Shown piece by piece: positions 1 to 18,480 of a stretch of DNA of 64,000 nucleotides. Source of the DNA: the human T2T-CHM13v2.0 reference genome, Homo sapiens; assembly GCF_009914755.1 (NCBI RefSeq), contig NC_060948.1; one strand, given 5' to 3'. Each line of letters begins with the position of its first letter. Position 1 is the stretch's first letter. The position numbers were made by a program, and so were the translations under genes. Under the pieces are notes generated by a model. That model saw nothing but the letters and a program-made list of their open reading frames with translations. It made no database searches and was not told the DNA's origin.

Positions 1-1222
1 ATGCTTTAATTCTGAATTCTGAACAACTATTTGCAAAATTTTATCCTACTTCTTTTTTTTAACTGATGACTTCTCTGGTCTGCTAAACATATTCATACCT
101 TTATTTTTTATTTAAATGGATGTAAATATACAGACAAATCACTGTAAAATAAACTTTGTATGTAACAGCTTTATAGAGAATACTCATATTTGTTTGTGAT
201 TGTGTACCTACTTTGAGAAGCAAAGAAAAATATTAGAATAAAACACATAATTTTACATGTCTTGATAACTTACCAGCAAACCGGAAACTTCAAAGATTTT
301 GAAAGCAAATCTATTTTCTCTGCCTTGTATTAATCCCGTTTACCAAAAATGTTATTGCTCTTGTCTTAGAAACATCTTGTGCACATTCTCCTTTTTTTGT
401 CTGTTTGCTTGTTGCTCACTATAGACATAATATATACATTTATTTTAGTCTAATTTCATAAAGCATTCCTTGTATAATTTTCTCAGAGATGATGAATGTG
501 ACTTTGATAAAATTTAATGATCTTCACAAAATAATTTTTACATGTAATTTCATGGTGTGTGTATTATTGTATGCTATTTATTTAGTACATTTTTTATTTT
601 ATTTCAATTTGAGAATGCTATTTAATCCAATTTTTATTTATTGTTCATTTTACATTATGAACTTGATATAATTGAGTTTATTAAACTTATTAGGCCAATT
701 TATTCAAATTAATAGTTGAACATTTATTAAGTCATGAGGTCCTTTTGGCATATACATGAAGTAAACAAGATAATACTAGCTATATAATAGAAGCTACATA
801 ATTAGAAATAAATATTCTTCTTGAAATTAGCCAGTAGACTCAGATGAAAATAAAAATGTCTATAGTATGACATGAATTCTGCATATGAAGTGAACAAAAT
901 TGTACCACTGCTGCACAGTTGACTCTCACAATTGAAACAAATTATAGAGTTGGACATACTATAAAAACTAAGTTAAAATCTTGTAAAATTTTTAAATTGC
1001 ATTTCTACCTTTAAACATCTACTGAGTGAGGTAGAGGGCATGTCTATTTAATCAAACCTGGAATGGCTAATACATGTCAATACTGTGCACCACAGGTATC
1101 AAAACCTAAAATTCCCGAAACCCTTTCCCTTTAGATTAGCAAAATATGATTTTAATCTCCCAACTCTATATTGTGTCTTAGACAAAATTACTAGGCCATT
1201 TTTTTTACATTTGATTCTGGAT

Positions 1223-1511
1223 TTTTTTTTTTAATGGAGTCTTGCTCTGCCACCCACACTGGAGTACAGTGGTGTGATCTCAGTGCACTACAACCTCCAC
1301 CTCCTGGGTTAAATTGATTCTTCTGCATCAGCCTCCTAAGTAGATGGGACTACATGTGCCCACTGCCATGCCTGGCTAATTTTTTTGTGTTTTTAGTAGA
1401 GACGGGGTTTCACCATTGTTAGACAAAATGGTTGATCTCCTGACCTTCTGATTTGCCCATCTCAGCCTCCCAAACTGCTGGGATTACACGTGTCAGCCAC
1501 CACGCCAAGCC
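1223..1511 (-). mobile_element. Alu (AluS-type), diverged
   Basis: poly-T then ggagtcttgctctg...gggattacacgtgtcagccaccacgccaagcc; TSD ttgattct(g/a)gat at 1211-1222 and 1512-1523. Confidence 0.95.
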
Positions 1512-2036
1512 TTGATTCTAGATCTTGACACATCCTATCCTCAACTTAATTTCTCTGAGGATAGAAAAACTGTGTGATATGGAATAATAATACCAAACAT
1601 TTGTTATAAACAAAGGATATTTTATTTCTGCCCTGCTGTCCTGGCCTCTTAGAATCATAGCTCTTCTTAGAAACTGGCAGAATCAGCCTTCTGTTCAGGG
1701 TAAATTTTGGGCAATTATGTGACATATGAAGGCTGGTTTCATTGCACCAGGTACTAAGAAAACCTGCTTCTGCCAGAAGTAAAATCCAGTAAGTTTTTTT
1801 TTTTTTTAATATAAATTGGTGATTTTTTTTTATTATACTTTAAGTTTTAGGGTCCATGTGCACATTGTGCAGGTTAGTTACATATGTATACATATGCCAT
1901 GCTGGTGCACTGCACCCACTAACTCGTCATCTAGCATTAGGTATATCTCCCAATGCTATCCCTCCCCCCTCCCCCCACCCCACCACAGTCCCCAGACTGT
2001 GATATTCCCCTTCCTGTGTCCATGTGATCTCATTGT

Positions 2037-5862
<3,826 letters not shown>

Positions 5863-5925
5863 TATGATGTTAGCTGGTTATTTTGCTCGTTAGTCGATAC
5901 AGTTTCTTCCTAGTCTTGATGGTCT

Positions 5926-6935
5926 TTACATTTTGACATGATTTTCCAGTGGCTGGTTCTTGTTGTTCCTTTGAATGTTTAGCGCTTCCTTCAGGAGCTC
6001 TTTTAGGGCAGGTCTAGTGGTGACAAAATCTTTCAGCATTTGCTTGTCTGTAAAGTATTTTATTTCTCCTTCGCTTATGAAGCTTAGTTTGGCTGGATAT
6101 GAAATTCTGGTTTGTAAATTCTTTTCTTTAAGAATGTTGAATATTGGCCCTCACTATCTTCTGGCTTGTAGGGTTTCTGCCGAGAGATCCACTCTTGGTC
6201 TGATGGGCTTCCCTTTGAGGGTAACCCGACCTTTCTCTCTGGCTGCCCTTAACATTTTTTCCTTTGTTTCAACTTTGGTGAATCTGACAATTATGTGTCT
6301 TGCTCTTCTTGAGGAGTATCTTTGTGGTGTTCTCTGTATTTCCTGAATCTGAACATTGGCCTGCCTTGCTAGATTGGGGAAGTTCTCCTGGATAATATCC
6401 TGCAGAGTGTTTTCCAGCTTGGTTCCATTCTCCCTGTCACTTTCAGGTACACCAATCAGACATAGATTTGGTCTTTTCATATAGTCGCATATTTCTTGGA
6501 GGCTTTGTTCATTTCTTTTTATTCTTTTTTCTCTAAACTTCCCTTCTCACTTCATTTCAGTCATTTCATCTTCCATCGCTGATACCCTTTCTTTCAGTTG
6601 ATCGCACCGGCTCCTGAGGCTTCTGCATTCTTCATGTAGTTCTTGAGCCTTGGTTTTCAGCTCCATCAGCTCCTTTAAGCACTTCTCTGTATTGGTTATT
6701 CTAGTTATACATTCTCCTAATTTTTTTTCAAGTTTTCAACTTCTTTGCCTTTGGTTTGAATGTCCTCCTGTAGCTCAGATTAATTTGATCGTCTGAAGCC
6801 TTCTTCTCTCAGCTCGTCAAAGTCATTCTCCATCCAGCTTTGTTCCGTTGCTGGTGAGGAACTGCGTTCCTTTGGAGGAGGAGAGGCGCTCTGCTTTTTA
6901 GAGTTTCCAGTTTTTCTGTTCTGTTTTTTCCCCAT
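5926..6935 (-). pseudogene. L1 ORF1p, disabled
   Basis: ATG GGG AAA AAA CAG AAC at 6935; fragment KRPNLCLIGVPESD...HIIVRFTKVE; ATG TAA end at 5926; small deletion near 6300 and internal stops. Confidence 0.9.
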
Positions 6936-7837
6936 CTTTGTGGTTTTATCTACTTTTGGTCTTTGATGATGGTGATGTACAGATGGGTTTTTGGTGTGGA
7001 TGTCCTTTCTGTTTGTTAGTTTTCCTTCTAACAGACAGGACCCTCAGCTGCAGTTCTGTTGGAATACCCTGCCGTGTGAGGTGTCAGTGTGCCCCTGCTG
7101 GGGGGTGCCTCCCAGTTAGGCTGCTCGGGGGTCAGGGGTCAGGGACCCACTTGAGGAGGCAGTCTGCCCCTTCTCAGATCTCCAGCTGCTTGCTGGGAGA
7201 ACCACTGCTCTCTTCAAAGCTGTCAGACAGGGACATTTAAGTCTGCAGAGGTTACTGCTGTCTTTTTGTTTGTCTGTGCCCTGCCCCTAGAGGTGGAGCC
7301 TACAGAGGCAGGCAGGCCTCCTTGAGCTGTGGTGGGCTCCACCCAGTTCGAGCTTCCCTGCTGCTTTGTTTACCTAAGCAAGCCTGGGCAATGTCGGGCG
7401 CCCCTCCTCCAGCCTCGCTGCCACCTTGCAGTTTGATCTCAGACTGCTGTGCTAGCAATCAGCAAGACTCCGTGGGCATAGGACCCTCTGAGCCAGGTGT
7501 GGGATATAATCTCGTGGTGTGCCGTTTCTTAAGCCGGTCAGAAAAGAGCAGTATTCTGGTGGGAGTAACCCGAGTTTTCAGGTGCGTCCATCACCCCTTT
7601 CTTTGACTCAGAAAGAGAACTCCCTGACCCCTTGTACTTCCCAAGTGAGGCAATGCCTGGCCCTGCTTCGGCTTGCACATGGTGCGCGCACCCACTGACC
7701 TGCGCCCACTGTCTGGCACTCCCTAGTGAGATGAACTGGGTACCTCAGATGGAAATGCAGAAATCACCATCTTCTGCTTCACTCACCCTGGGAGCTGTAG
7801 ACCGGAGCTGTTCCTATTCGGCCATCTTGGCTCCTCC
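6936..7837 (-). promoter_or_regulatory. L1 5' UTR internal sense promoter and antisense promoter, YY1 site intact
   Basis: GCCAAGATGGCCG YY1 motif (plus strand cggccatcttggc 7819-7831); 5' UTR full length, partial CpG decay. Confidence 0.8.
7391..7606 (+). CDS. L1 ORF0 (71 aa, antisense ORF in the 5' UTR), reading frame intact
   Basis: MSGAPPPASLPPCSLISDCCASNQQDSVGIGPSEPGVGYNLVVCRFLSRSEKSSILVGVTRVFRCVHHPFL*, ATG at 7391, 216 nt; matches primate L1 ORF0 pattern. Confidence 0.85.
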   Translation: MSGAPPPASLPPCSLISDCCASNQQDSVGIGPSEPGVGYNLVVCRFLSRSEKSSILVGVTRVFRCVHHPFL

Positions 7838-9669
7838 AGTGATTTTTAAAATAATATAAATGATAGGTTTCTTCTGTTTAATTGTAATGATTCTTTCAAA
7901 GAGATGTTTGGCTTTATTTCTATAATGAAGCAAATTCTGAACATCTTATAATCTGTTCATTATCATATAGTAAATAATAAAGAACAAGTTAATGAATCTC
8001 AGTTTTTGTAAGTATTTTAGTGAATAAATTTAATCTCATTTCCATAATCTTTAAGTTTTACTACTGAAGACCAGAATAGACTTTTTTCTTCTTTTGGGAA
8101 ACTATAAAAGCATGTTCATAATGTTACTTTCATAGATAATATGAATATCAACTGTCAAGTGTGTTGGTTTCTAAAATAAAATATTTTAGAATTGTATTAC
8201 CAAACATATTCAATGAAATGTTTTAAAGTTGCCTATTTAAAAAATCTGCCAATTTTGAATTGCATATGCAGCTAAAATTTTCTTAAGATAGAGGATAAGA
8301 TGTAAAATAATTCATACAAATAATATAAACTCAGTTTTCTGAAATTATTTACTTAAGAAATCTAATTACAGTTTAAATAAGTTGTGATCACCTATTAGCC
8401 TTTATGCAGCATATTATATTACTAAAATTTTGCATCTAAAATGGTAGCAATTAGAACAAAGTAGAGAAAATACAATAATTGGCATAAAAAATTTCAAGAA
8501 AATGAAATGTTTGTATGATGACCTAAATAAAGTAATATGAAGAATGAAAGGATAGTATTAGTTTTACACATTATTGGTCAAAAGTAACCTGAGATATTGT
8601 GTAGAAAGTGCTATTAATTATATCTTTGAGACCGTCTTACTGATTTTGGCACTTAGAGAAGCTCCAGCACAGACCCAGCATTCCTTAGGCATTTTTTTCC
8701 AGGAGAACATTTAATAGAAATGAAGCAGAAGGTGACTTACACAAAGGTAAATGAATACTTGTCTCCTAGAGACCAGTGGGTGCAGCTTGCTAAAAGAGTA
8801 GACCTTTCCTGGAAGTCACGGAAGGGGCTATGGGCAAGCATCTTAGAATAGGGGCCTGGAGCTCCATGAAACACTCCTGCCAGCAGTGATCTCAGAGGGC
8901 CACGTGGTAGGTCAGCCTAGGTGCTCTGTCATGTTCCCGGTCCTTGAGTCCTTCCTCACCCACTAGGTATTTCCACAAAGAAATCAGGATGGCAACCACA
9001 AGTGCAGCCCCCCTAGAAGGAGATCAAGAGTGTCAAGGATCACATTCTTCTTGGAAAATTCAGTGATTTAGTAACTCGTCAATAAGCTGTAGCAGAATGT
9101 GCTGCTCTAACCCACAGAGATCACACTCTAGGAGGAAATTTGGGTGACACCTGCCTGAAGATGTGCATTGGAGGAAGGACGGACAGGTCACCTGGGACTT
9201 AGTGAGCAAGTGCCCCTAGCCAATCCGGGGAGACATGGGCTTGGCCAGAGCAGAAAGTAAGGGTGGCATACAGCAGACATGCTGAGCTGTCAGATGGGCA
9301 CACAAGGGTAGGTATGAGTGGTCCCTGAGTGGGAGAACCCCCTCAAAGCCCTCAACTCACCCAAGAGATCCCCCAGCCTTTTGAACCACAAGCTGTACCT
9401 GGAACTCCAGGGTGCGCACTGGGTAGTGGCCTGGTAAAACTTGGGTGAGCAGCCAGTCACTGAGTGACTTCCATTGCCCATGTCTCTAATGAGAAAATTG
9501 AATCCCCAAAGTCACAAGCCAGGAGCAGCAAAAGCACTAGGCTGAGGCATCACATTTTTTCTTCACTGGCACCCATAATCCTCAGAACCCCTGGGCTTCC
9601 CTTGAGGAAAAATATTCCTCTTCATTGTGAGTGTAGGCCCAAATCAGAGAACTGGCTTGACTGTTCAAC

Positions 9670-9745
9670 TGCACTCAGGCAGTGTGTGTACCATTCCAAG
9701 CAGGTCCCATTTACTTCGTGCCTCCAGTTATTTCATCTGCAACAT
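9670..9745. mobile_element. Possible MIR core fragment
   Basis: gtgtgtaccattccaagcaggtcccatttacttcgtgcctccagttatttcatctgcaa resembles the MIR core; highly diverged. Confidence 0.35.
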
Positions 9746-10012
9746 ATCACTTGTAACAGCTCTTTCTCTACCCTCCAAATTCTATGGTTTTTGAAATTCC
9801 TCTGAAGACCACATGAGCCAAGCATCAAGGATCATTGTTCTTTAGGCTACTCAGGCTATTCCAGGAAGAGAGATCTCTCAAACTACGTTGACACTTAAGA
9901 GTCATGTATAGATAGTACCAGATCTAGGAGGAGGGCTGTCAAATATCCAGATTCTTTTCTGGTCTCCATTCCAAAAGATATGTTAAAATGACAAGGAAAA
10001 TAAGACACAAAC

Positions 10013-10173
10013 CTGACATTTCTCCCTTTAAAAGGGCAGCCTCAGCCTGGCCACACTGAACCAAAATTTCAGGCTCTGGTTCACCTTGACTCACATTGGA
10101 AAATACTTGAACTGGGACCCCAGAATGTCCAGTGAAAATCTTGAGAATGGGCACCTCAGCAGCCTGAACACAC
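10013..10173 (-). other. Putative spliced exon (161 bp) of a non-coding or pseudogene transcript
   Basis: acceptor tttgttcctgttacag|G at 10173, donor CAG|GTTTGT at 10013; an 89-bp intron leads to a second acceptor ccctcctcctag|A at 9923. Confidence 0.35.
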
Positions 10174-10476
10174 CTGTAACAGGAACAAACCCTACCAAGT
10201 AAGAAGCCATCTCATTTACTTAGAAAACCATACCAGCAATGTGCACACACATCAGGCTTTTTAGATAAACTCCTGTTAATCCAAGGATTCAAGAAAAAGG
10301 AAAAAAAAAGTTTGAATCTAGATTCTCAGGAAGAAGAACCTCCACTGCCTGGACCAGCCTGTATGATGGATGCAACTGACAGTGGTAACTTGTCTTGCAC
10401 ATACCTGAAGACTGATCTTATATAAAAAATGTTTCTGAGTGTTCAGAGTTTCAAGCTAAAAATCTACTAGTGGCCT

Positions 10477-10774
10477 GGCCAGCTGCAGTGGGTCAGGCCT
10501 GTACTCCCAGCAGTTTGGGAGGCCAAATCAGATGGATCATCTGAGGTCAGGAGTTCAAGAACCACCTTATCAACATGAAGAATCCTGGTCTCTACTAAAA
10601 ATACAAAATTAGCCAGGTATCATGGCAAATGCTTGTCATCCTAGCTACTCAGAAGGCTGAGGCAGAGGAATCACTTGAACCTGTGAGGCGGAGGTTTCGG
10701 TGAGCTGAGATTGTGCAAACACCCTCCAGCCTGGGCAACAAGAGTGAAACTTCATTTCAAAAAAAAAAAAAAAA
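10477..10774 (+). mobile_element. Alu (AluSq/Sp-like)
   Basis: gatcatctgaggtcaggagttc, ctgggcaacaagagtgaaac, A-tail; TSD aaaaatcta(c/g)tagtggcc on both sides. Confidence 0.95.
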
Positions 10775-10799
10775 AAAAATCTAGTAGTGGCCAACCTGG

Positions 10800-11135
10800 A
10801 GATTACTCTTTATCTATGAGGAAAGTCTGAGCCTTTGCTCTCTCCCATGCTGTGGTATGGAGTAGGCCACACAGGGGACTGAGGCCCTTATTTTTTGTTA
10901 AATGAAGGACAACAGATAAAAGATTGTTCAGAAAAAATGTGCTTAATAAATATGCTATGCACACTGCATGCTTTTTCCAAGTGGACGTGGTTATCCTGCT
11001 AAGCCCACTGACACTGGACTTTCTCCCCTCTATGTAAGTCGCCAGTAAAACTCCATATCCTATTTACTGATTCTGAGTTTCTTCTTTGACATCGTGAACC
11101 TGCTGCCATTTACATGGGAGTCAAATTTGACACAA
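10800..11135 (+). mobile_element. Possible old LTR 3' fragment, family unassigned
   Basis: agtaaaactccatatcc...gagtttcttctttgacatcgtgaacctgctgccat...gacaca resembles an R/U5 end; weak. Confidence 0.3.
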
Positions 11136-11917
11136 CTTACCCCATAATGAGGAAGGATTTCAGATTCTTCTCAATGTGCTTCAAAGCTCAACAAGGCATC
11201 AGCTACAGAAGGATGCAGTTGTTCTCTTTACCACTATCACACAGGGCTCGTTTCCTTAGATGCACCTTCAGTGGAATACCAAGAAAGATGAACAAGAAAC
11301 ACGTCATGGTCAGAAGCAACATTAATGACCAAATAAGCAGTGACCACTTGTAAAGCAAAAGGGAGCATTTTGCTTTCTACTCTGGGCAGCCCTCAATGTC
11401 TGCCATCACTTTCTGGTTTCAGTAATGGTTTTTAAGCTCCATCGTGGCTCTGGAGAAACCTTAGGCACTAGGTGGTAAACACCTTCACTTAGTCCTGGAG
11501 CAACAAAGCTTTCTCTTGTCAAATATGACCTCTGTGATCATGAGCTACTAAGCCATCTAGACAATGCACCACCAGAAAACCTATGAAAGGGAGATGAGTA
11601 GACATGAGGGAAACAATTTCCCACTTTTTTCAGTGGCAAGTTCAAACAACTGTGACAGTAGATCACAGAGCAAAAGAAAACAGCATAGTAGAACTCCTCA
11701 TCATGTAAGATTACAACCAAGACTTTTCTATCCTCAGTGTGAGAGCACCAAATGAAAACCAGAAATTACTTCACTGTGTATCTATCAGTAATTAATTGCA
11801 CAATATTTTCTCTATCATACTGAAAAGTATTCACTGAGGATTTTCTAATTGAACATGTAGAGATAAAGACAGGAGAATGTAAAATAGCAATTCCATAAAA
11901 TCATTAAAGAAATTGAA

Positions 11918-14900
11918 GGTATCCTTGTTAACTTTCTGTCTCATTGATCTGCCTAATGTTGACAGTGGGGTGTTAAAGTCTCCTGTTATTATTGTAGGAA
12001 TTGAATTCAGCTCTGCACCAGGCGGACCTAATAGATGTCTACAGAACTCTCCACCCCAAATCAACAGAATATACGTTCTTCTCAGAACCACACCCCAACC
12101 ATTCCAAAATCAACCATATAGTTGGAAGTAAAGCACACCTCAGCAAATGTAAAAAAACAGAAATTATAACAAAATGTCTCTCAGACCACAGTGCAATCAA
12201 ACTAGAACTCAGGATTAAGAAACTCACTCAAAACCTCTCAATTACATGGAAACTGAACAACCTGCTCCTGAATGACTACTGGGTACCTAACGAAATGAAG
12301 TCAGAAATAAAGTTGTACCTTGAGACTAATGAGAACAAACACACAACATACCAGAATCTCTGGGACACATTTAAAGCAGTGTGTAGATGGATATTTATAG
12401 CACTATATGCCCACAAGAGAAAGCAGGAAAGATCTAAAATTGACACCCTAACATCACAATTAAAAGAACTAGAGAAGCAAGAGCAAACACATTCAAAAAC
12501 TAGCAGAAGGCAAGAAATAACTAAGGTCAGAGCAGAATTGAAGGAGATAGAGACATAAAAAGCCTTTCAAAAAACCAATGATTCCAGGAGCTGGTTTTCT
12601 GAAAAGATCAACAAAACTGATAGACCACTAGCAAGACTAATAAAGAAGAAAAGAGAGAAGAATCAAATAGATGCAATAAAAAATGATAAAGGGGATATCA
12701 CAACTGATCCCACAGAAATACAAACTACCTTCAGAGAATACTACAAACACCTCTAGGCAAATAAACTAGAAAATCTAGAAGAAATTGATAAATTCCTTGA
12801 CACATACACCCTCCCAAGACTAAACCGGGAAGAAGTTGAATCTCTGAATAGACCAATAATAGGCTCTGAATTTGAGGCAATAATTAACAGCTTACCAACA
12901 AAAAAAAGTCCAGGACCAGATGGATTCACAGCCGAATTCTACCAGAGGTGCAAGGAGGAGCTGGTACCATTCCTTCTGAAACTAGTCCAATCAATAGAAA
13001 AAGAGGAAATCCTCCCTAACTCATTTTATGAGGCCAACATCACCCTAACACCAAAGCCTGGCAGAGACACAACCAAAAAAGAGAATTTTAGAACAATATC
13101 CCTGATGAATATCTATGCAAAAATCCTCAATAAAATACTGGCAAACCATATCCAACAGCACATCAAAAAGCTTATCCACAATGATCAAGTGGGCTTCATC
13201 CCTGGGATGCAAGGCTGTTTCAACATATGAAAATCAATACACGTAATCCGGCATATAAACAGAAAAGAAACAAAGGCAAAAACCACATGATTATCTCAAT
13301 AGATGCAGAAAAGGTCTTTGACAAAATTCAACAGCACTTCATGCTAAAAACTCTCAATAAATTAGGTATTGACAGGACGTATCTAAAAATAATAAGAGCT
13401 AATTATGAAAAACCCACAGCCAATCTTATACTCAATGGACAAAAACTGGAAGCATTCCCTTTGAAAACTGGCACAAGAAAGGGATGCCCTCTCTCACCAC
13501 TCCTATTCAACATGGTGTTGGAAGTTCTGGCCAGGGCAATTAGGCAGGAGAAGGAAATAAAGGATTTTCAATTAGGAAAAGAGGAAGTCAAATTGTCCCT
13601 GTGTGCAGATGACATGATTGTATATCTAGAAAACCCCATTATCTCAGCCCAAAATCTCCTTAAGCTGATCAGCAACTTCAGCAAAGTCTCAGGACACAAA
13701 AGAAATGTGCAAAAATCACAAGCATTCTTATACACCAATAAGAGACAAACAGAGAGCCAAATCATGAGTGAACTGTCATTCACAATTGCTTCAAAGAGAA
13801 TAAAATACCTAGGAATCCAACTTACAAGGGATGTGAAGGACGTCTTCAAGTAGAACTACAAACCACTGCTCAGTGAAATAAAAGAGGACACAAACAAATG
13901 GAAGAACATTCCATGCTCATGGATAGGAAGAATCAATATCGTGACAATGGCCATACTGCCCAAGGTAATTTGTAGATTCAATGCCATCCCCATGAAGCTA
14001 CCAATGACTTCCTGCACAGAATTGGAAAAAACTACTTTAAAGTTCATATGGAACCATAAAAGAGACTGCATTGCCCAGTCAATCCTAAGCCAAAAGAACA
14101 AAGCTGGAGACATCATGCTACCTGTCTTCAAACTATACTACAAGGCTACAGTAACCAAAGCAGCATGGTACTGGTACCAAAACAGAGATCTAGGCCATTG
14201 GAACAGATCAGAGCCCTCAGAAATAATACCACACATCCACAACTATCTGATCTTTGACAAACCTGACAAAGACAAGAAATGGGGAAAGGATTCCGCATTC
14301 AATAAATGGTGCTGGGAAAACTGGCTAGCCATATGTAGAAAGCTGAAACTGGATTCCTTCCTTACACCTTATACAAAAATTAAGTTAAGATGGATTAAAG
14401 ATTTAAATGTTAGACCAAAAACCATAAAATCCCTAGAAGAAAACCTAGGCAATACCATTCAGGACCTAGGCAAGGGCAAGGACTTCATGTCTAAAACACC
14501 AAAAGCAATGGCAACAAAAGACAAAATTGACAAATGGGATCTAATTAAACTGAAGAGCTTCTGCACAGCAAAAGAAACTACCATCAGAGAGAACAGGCAA
14601 CCTACAGAATGGGAGAAAATTTTTGCAATCTACTCATCTGAAAAAGGACTAATATCCAGAATCTACAATGAGCTCAAACAAATTTACAAGAAAAAAACAA
14701 ACAACCCCATCAAAATGTGGGCGAAGAATATGAACAGACACTTCTCAAAAGAAGACATTTACGCAGCCAAAAAACCATGAAAAAATGCTCATCATCACTG
14801 GCCATCAGAGAAATGCAAATCAAAACCACAATGAGATACCACCTCACACCAGTTAGAATGGCGATCATTAAAAAGTCAGGAAACAACAGATGCTGGAGAG

Positions 14901-15563
14901 GTTGTGGAGAATAGGAACACTTTTACACTGTTGGTGGGACATAATATAGTTCAACCATTGTGGAAGTCAGTGTGGTGATTCCTCAGGGAACTAGAACTAG
15001 AAATACCATTTGACCCAGCCATCCCATTACTGCGTATATACCCAAAGGACTATAAATCATGCTGCTATAAAGACACATGCACACATATGCTTATTGAGGC
15101 ACTATGCACAATAGCAAAGACTGGGAACCAACCCAAATGTCCAACAATGATAGACTGGATTAAGAAAGTGTGGCACATATATCCCATGGAATACTACGCA
15201 GCCATAAAACAGGATGAGTTCATGTCCTTTGCAGGGACATGGATGAAACTGGAAACCATCATTCTCAGCAAACTATCTCAAGTTCTCACTCATAGATGGG
15301 AACTGAACCAAACACCGCAAGTTCTCACTCATAGGTGGGAATTGAACAATGAGAACACATGGACGCAGGAAGAGGAACATCACACACCATGGCCTGTTGT
15401 GGCGTGGGGCGAGGGGGGAGGGATAGCATTAGGAGATAGATATACCTAATGTTAAATGACGAGATAATGGATGCAGCACACCAACATGGCACACATATAC
15501 ATATATAACTAACCTGCATGTTGTACACATGTACCCTAAAACTTAAAGTGTAATTAAAAAAAG
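11918..15563 (+). mobile_element. 5'-truncated, 5'-inverted LINE-1, L1PA4-like
   Basis: inverted 78-bp piece 11918-11995, then sense ORF2 from 11996 ([10 protein letters not shown]...LCADDM...); 3' UTR taatgttaaatgacgag...aactaacctgc; poly-A ~15557. Confidence 0.93.
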
Positions 15564-15699
15564 AGAAAAATACTGTTGTATTATAAAATAAATAAATAAA
15601 TAAATATAAAAAATTTTAAAAGAAAAAACGTAGGGAAACTTTTTTAACTAAAAAACACTCAAGCACAGAGAAAACATTCATAGAACAGACTGAGAGACT

Positions 15700-17690
<1,991 letters not shown>

Positions 17691-18157
17691 AATGGAGAAG
17701 AGAGAAATACCACCTAGGTTTTGTAATCAATCATATGTCACAATTCCTTTGACAAGCAATACTCAGGCAGGGGAAGAGAATTACACTTCCTAGATGCTAG
17801 TTTCAGCGATATTTCTAAATGTCCTCAGGGGGTTGAGCACGGGCTGGAGAGGCATATCACCTAGCTGATAGGCCCAGCGATATGTGATAATATCCCCTGT
17901 TGACAAGGCTCCTGCAAAAGAGTAACATTATTATTATTCTGACCAAGTGATATGTAAGAATGCGCCCATGGAAAAAAAAATTAAGCCACAATCTCACAAC
18001 ACCTCGATATTAGGCCCAGTGACATGACACAATCTCATGATTTTTGAGGTTGACACTTTTAACTTTTAGGTGAGGGTGTATATTAGAAACATGTGAGCTG
18101 GGTCAATATATGAAACTCTGTACAACATCTCAGGGCTTTATAAAACCTGCAGGAAGA

Positions 18158-18480
18158 GGCAAGGTATGGTGGCTCATGCCTGTAATCCCAGCACTTTGGG
18201 AGGCTGAGGTGGGTAGATCACGAGGTCAGGAGTTCAAGACCCATCTGACCAAGATGGTGAAACCCCGTATCTACTAAAAATACAAAAAATTGGCCAGATG
18301 TGGTGGCAGGCACCTTTAATCCCAGCTACTTTGGAAGCTGAGGCAAAAGAATCGCTTGAACTCATAGGAAAGATGTCACAGTAAGCTGAGATCACATCAC
18401 TGCACTCCAGCCTGGGTGACAGAGTGAGAGTTCATCTCAAGAAAAAAAAAAAAAAAGAAAAAAAAAAGAAAAAAAAGAAA
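18158..18480 (+). mobile_element. Alu (AluSg-like) inside satellite unit A
   Basis: gatcacgaggtcaggagttc; TSD aaaacct(g/c)ca(g/t)gaaga at 18142-18157 and 18481-18496. Confidence 0.95.

Noticed and set aside
1-1800. Possible KRAB-ZNF pseudogene remnant and ORF 489-671
   Set aside because: No KRAB box or C2H2/TGEKPY repeats are visible; the ORF is low-complexity AT-rich sequence.
9939-10154. 71-aa ORF MPILKIFTGH...
   Set aside because: Non-ATG start, reads through a probable donor site, and has no recognisable domain.
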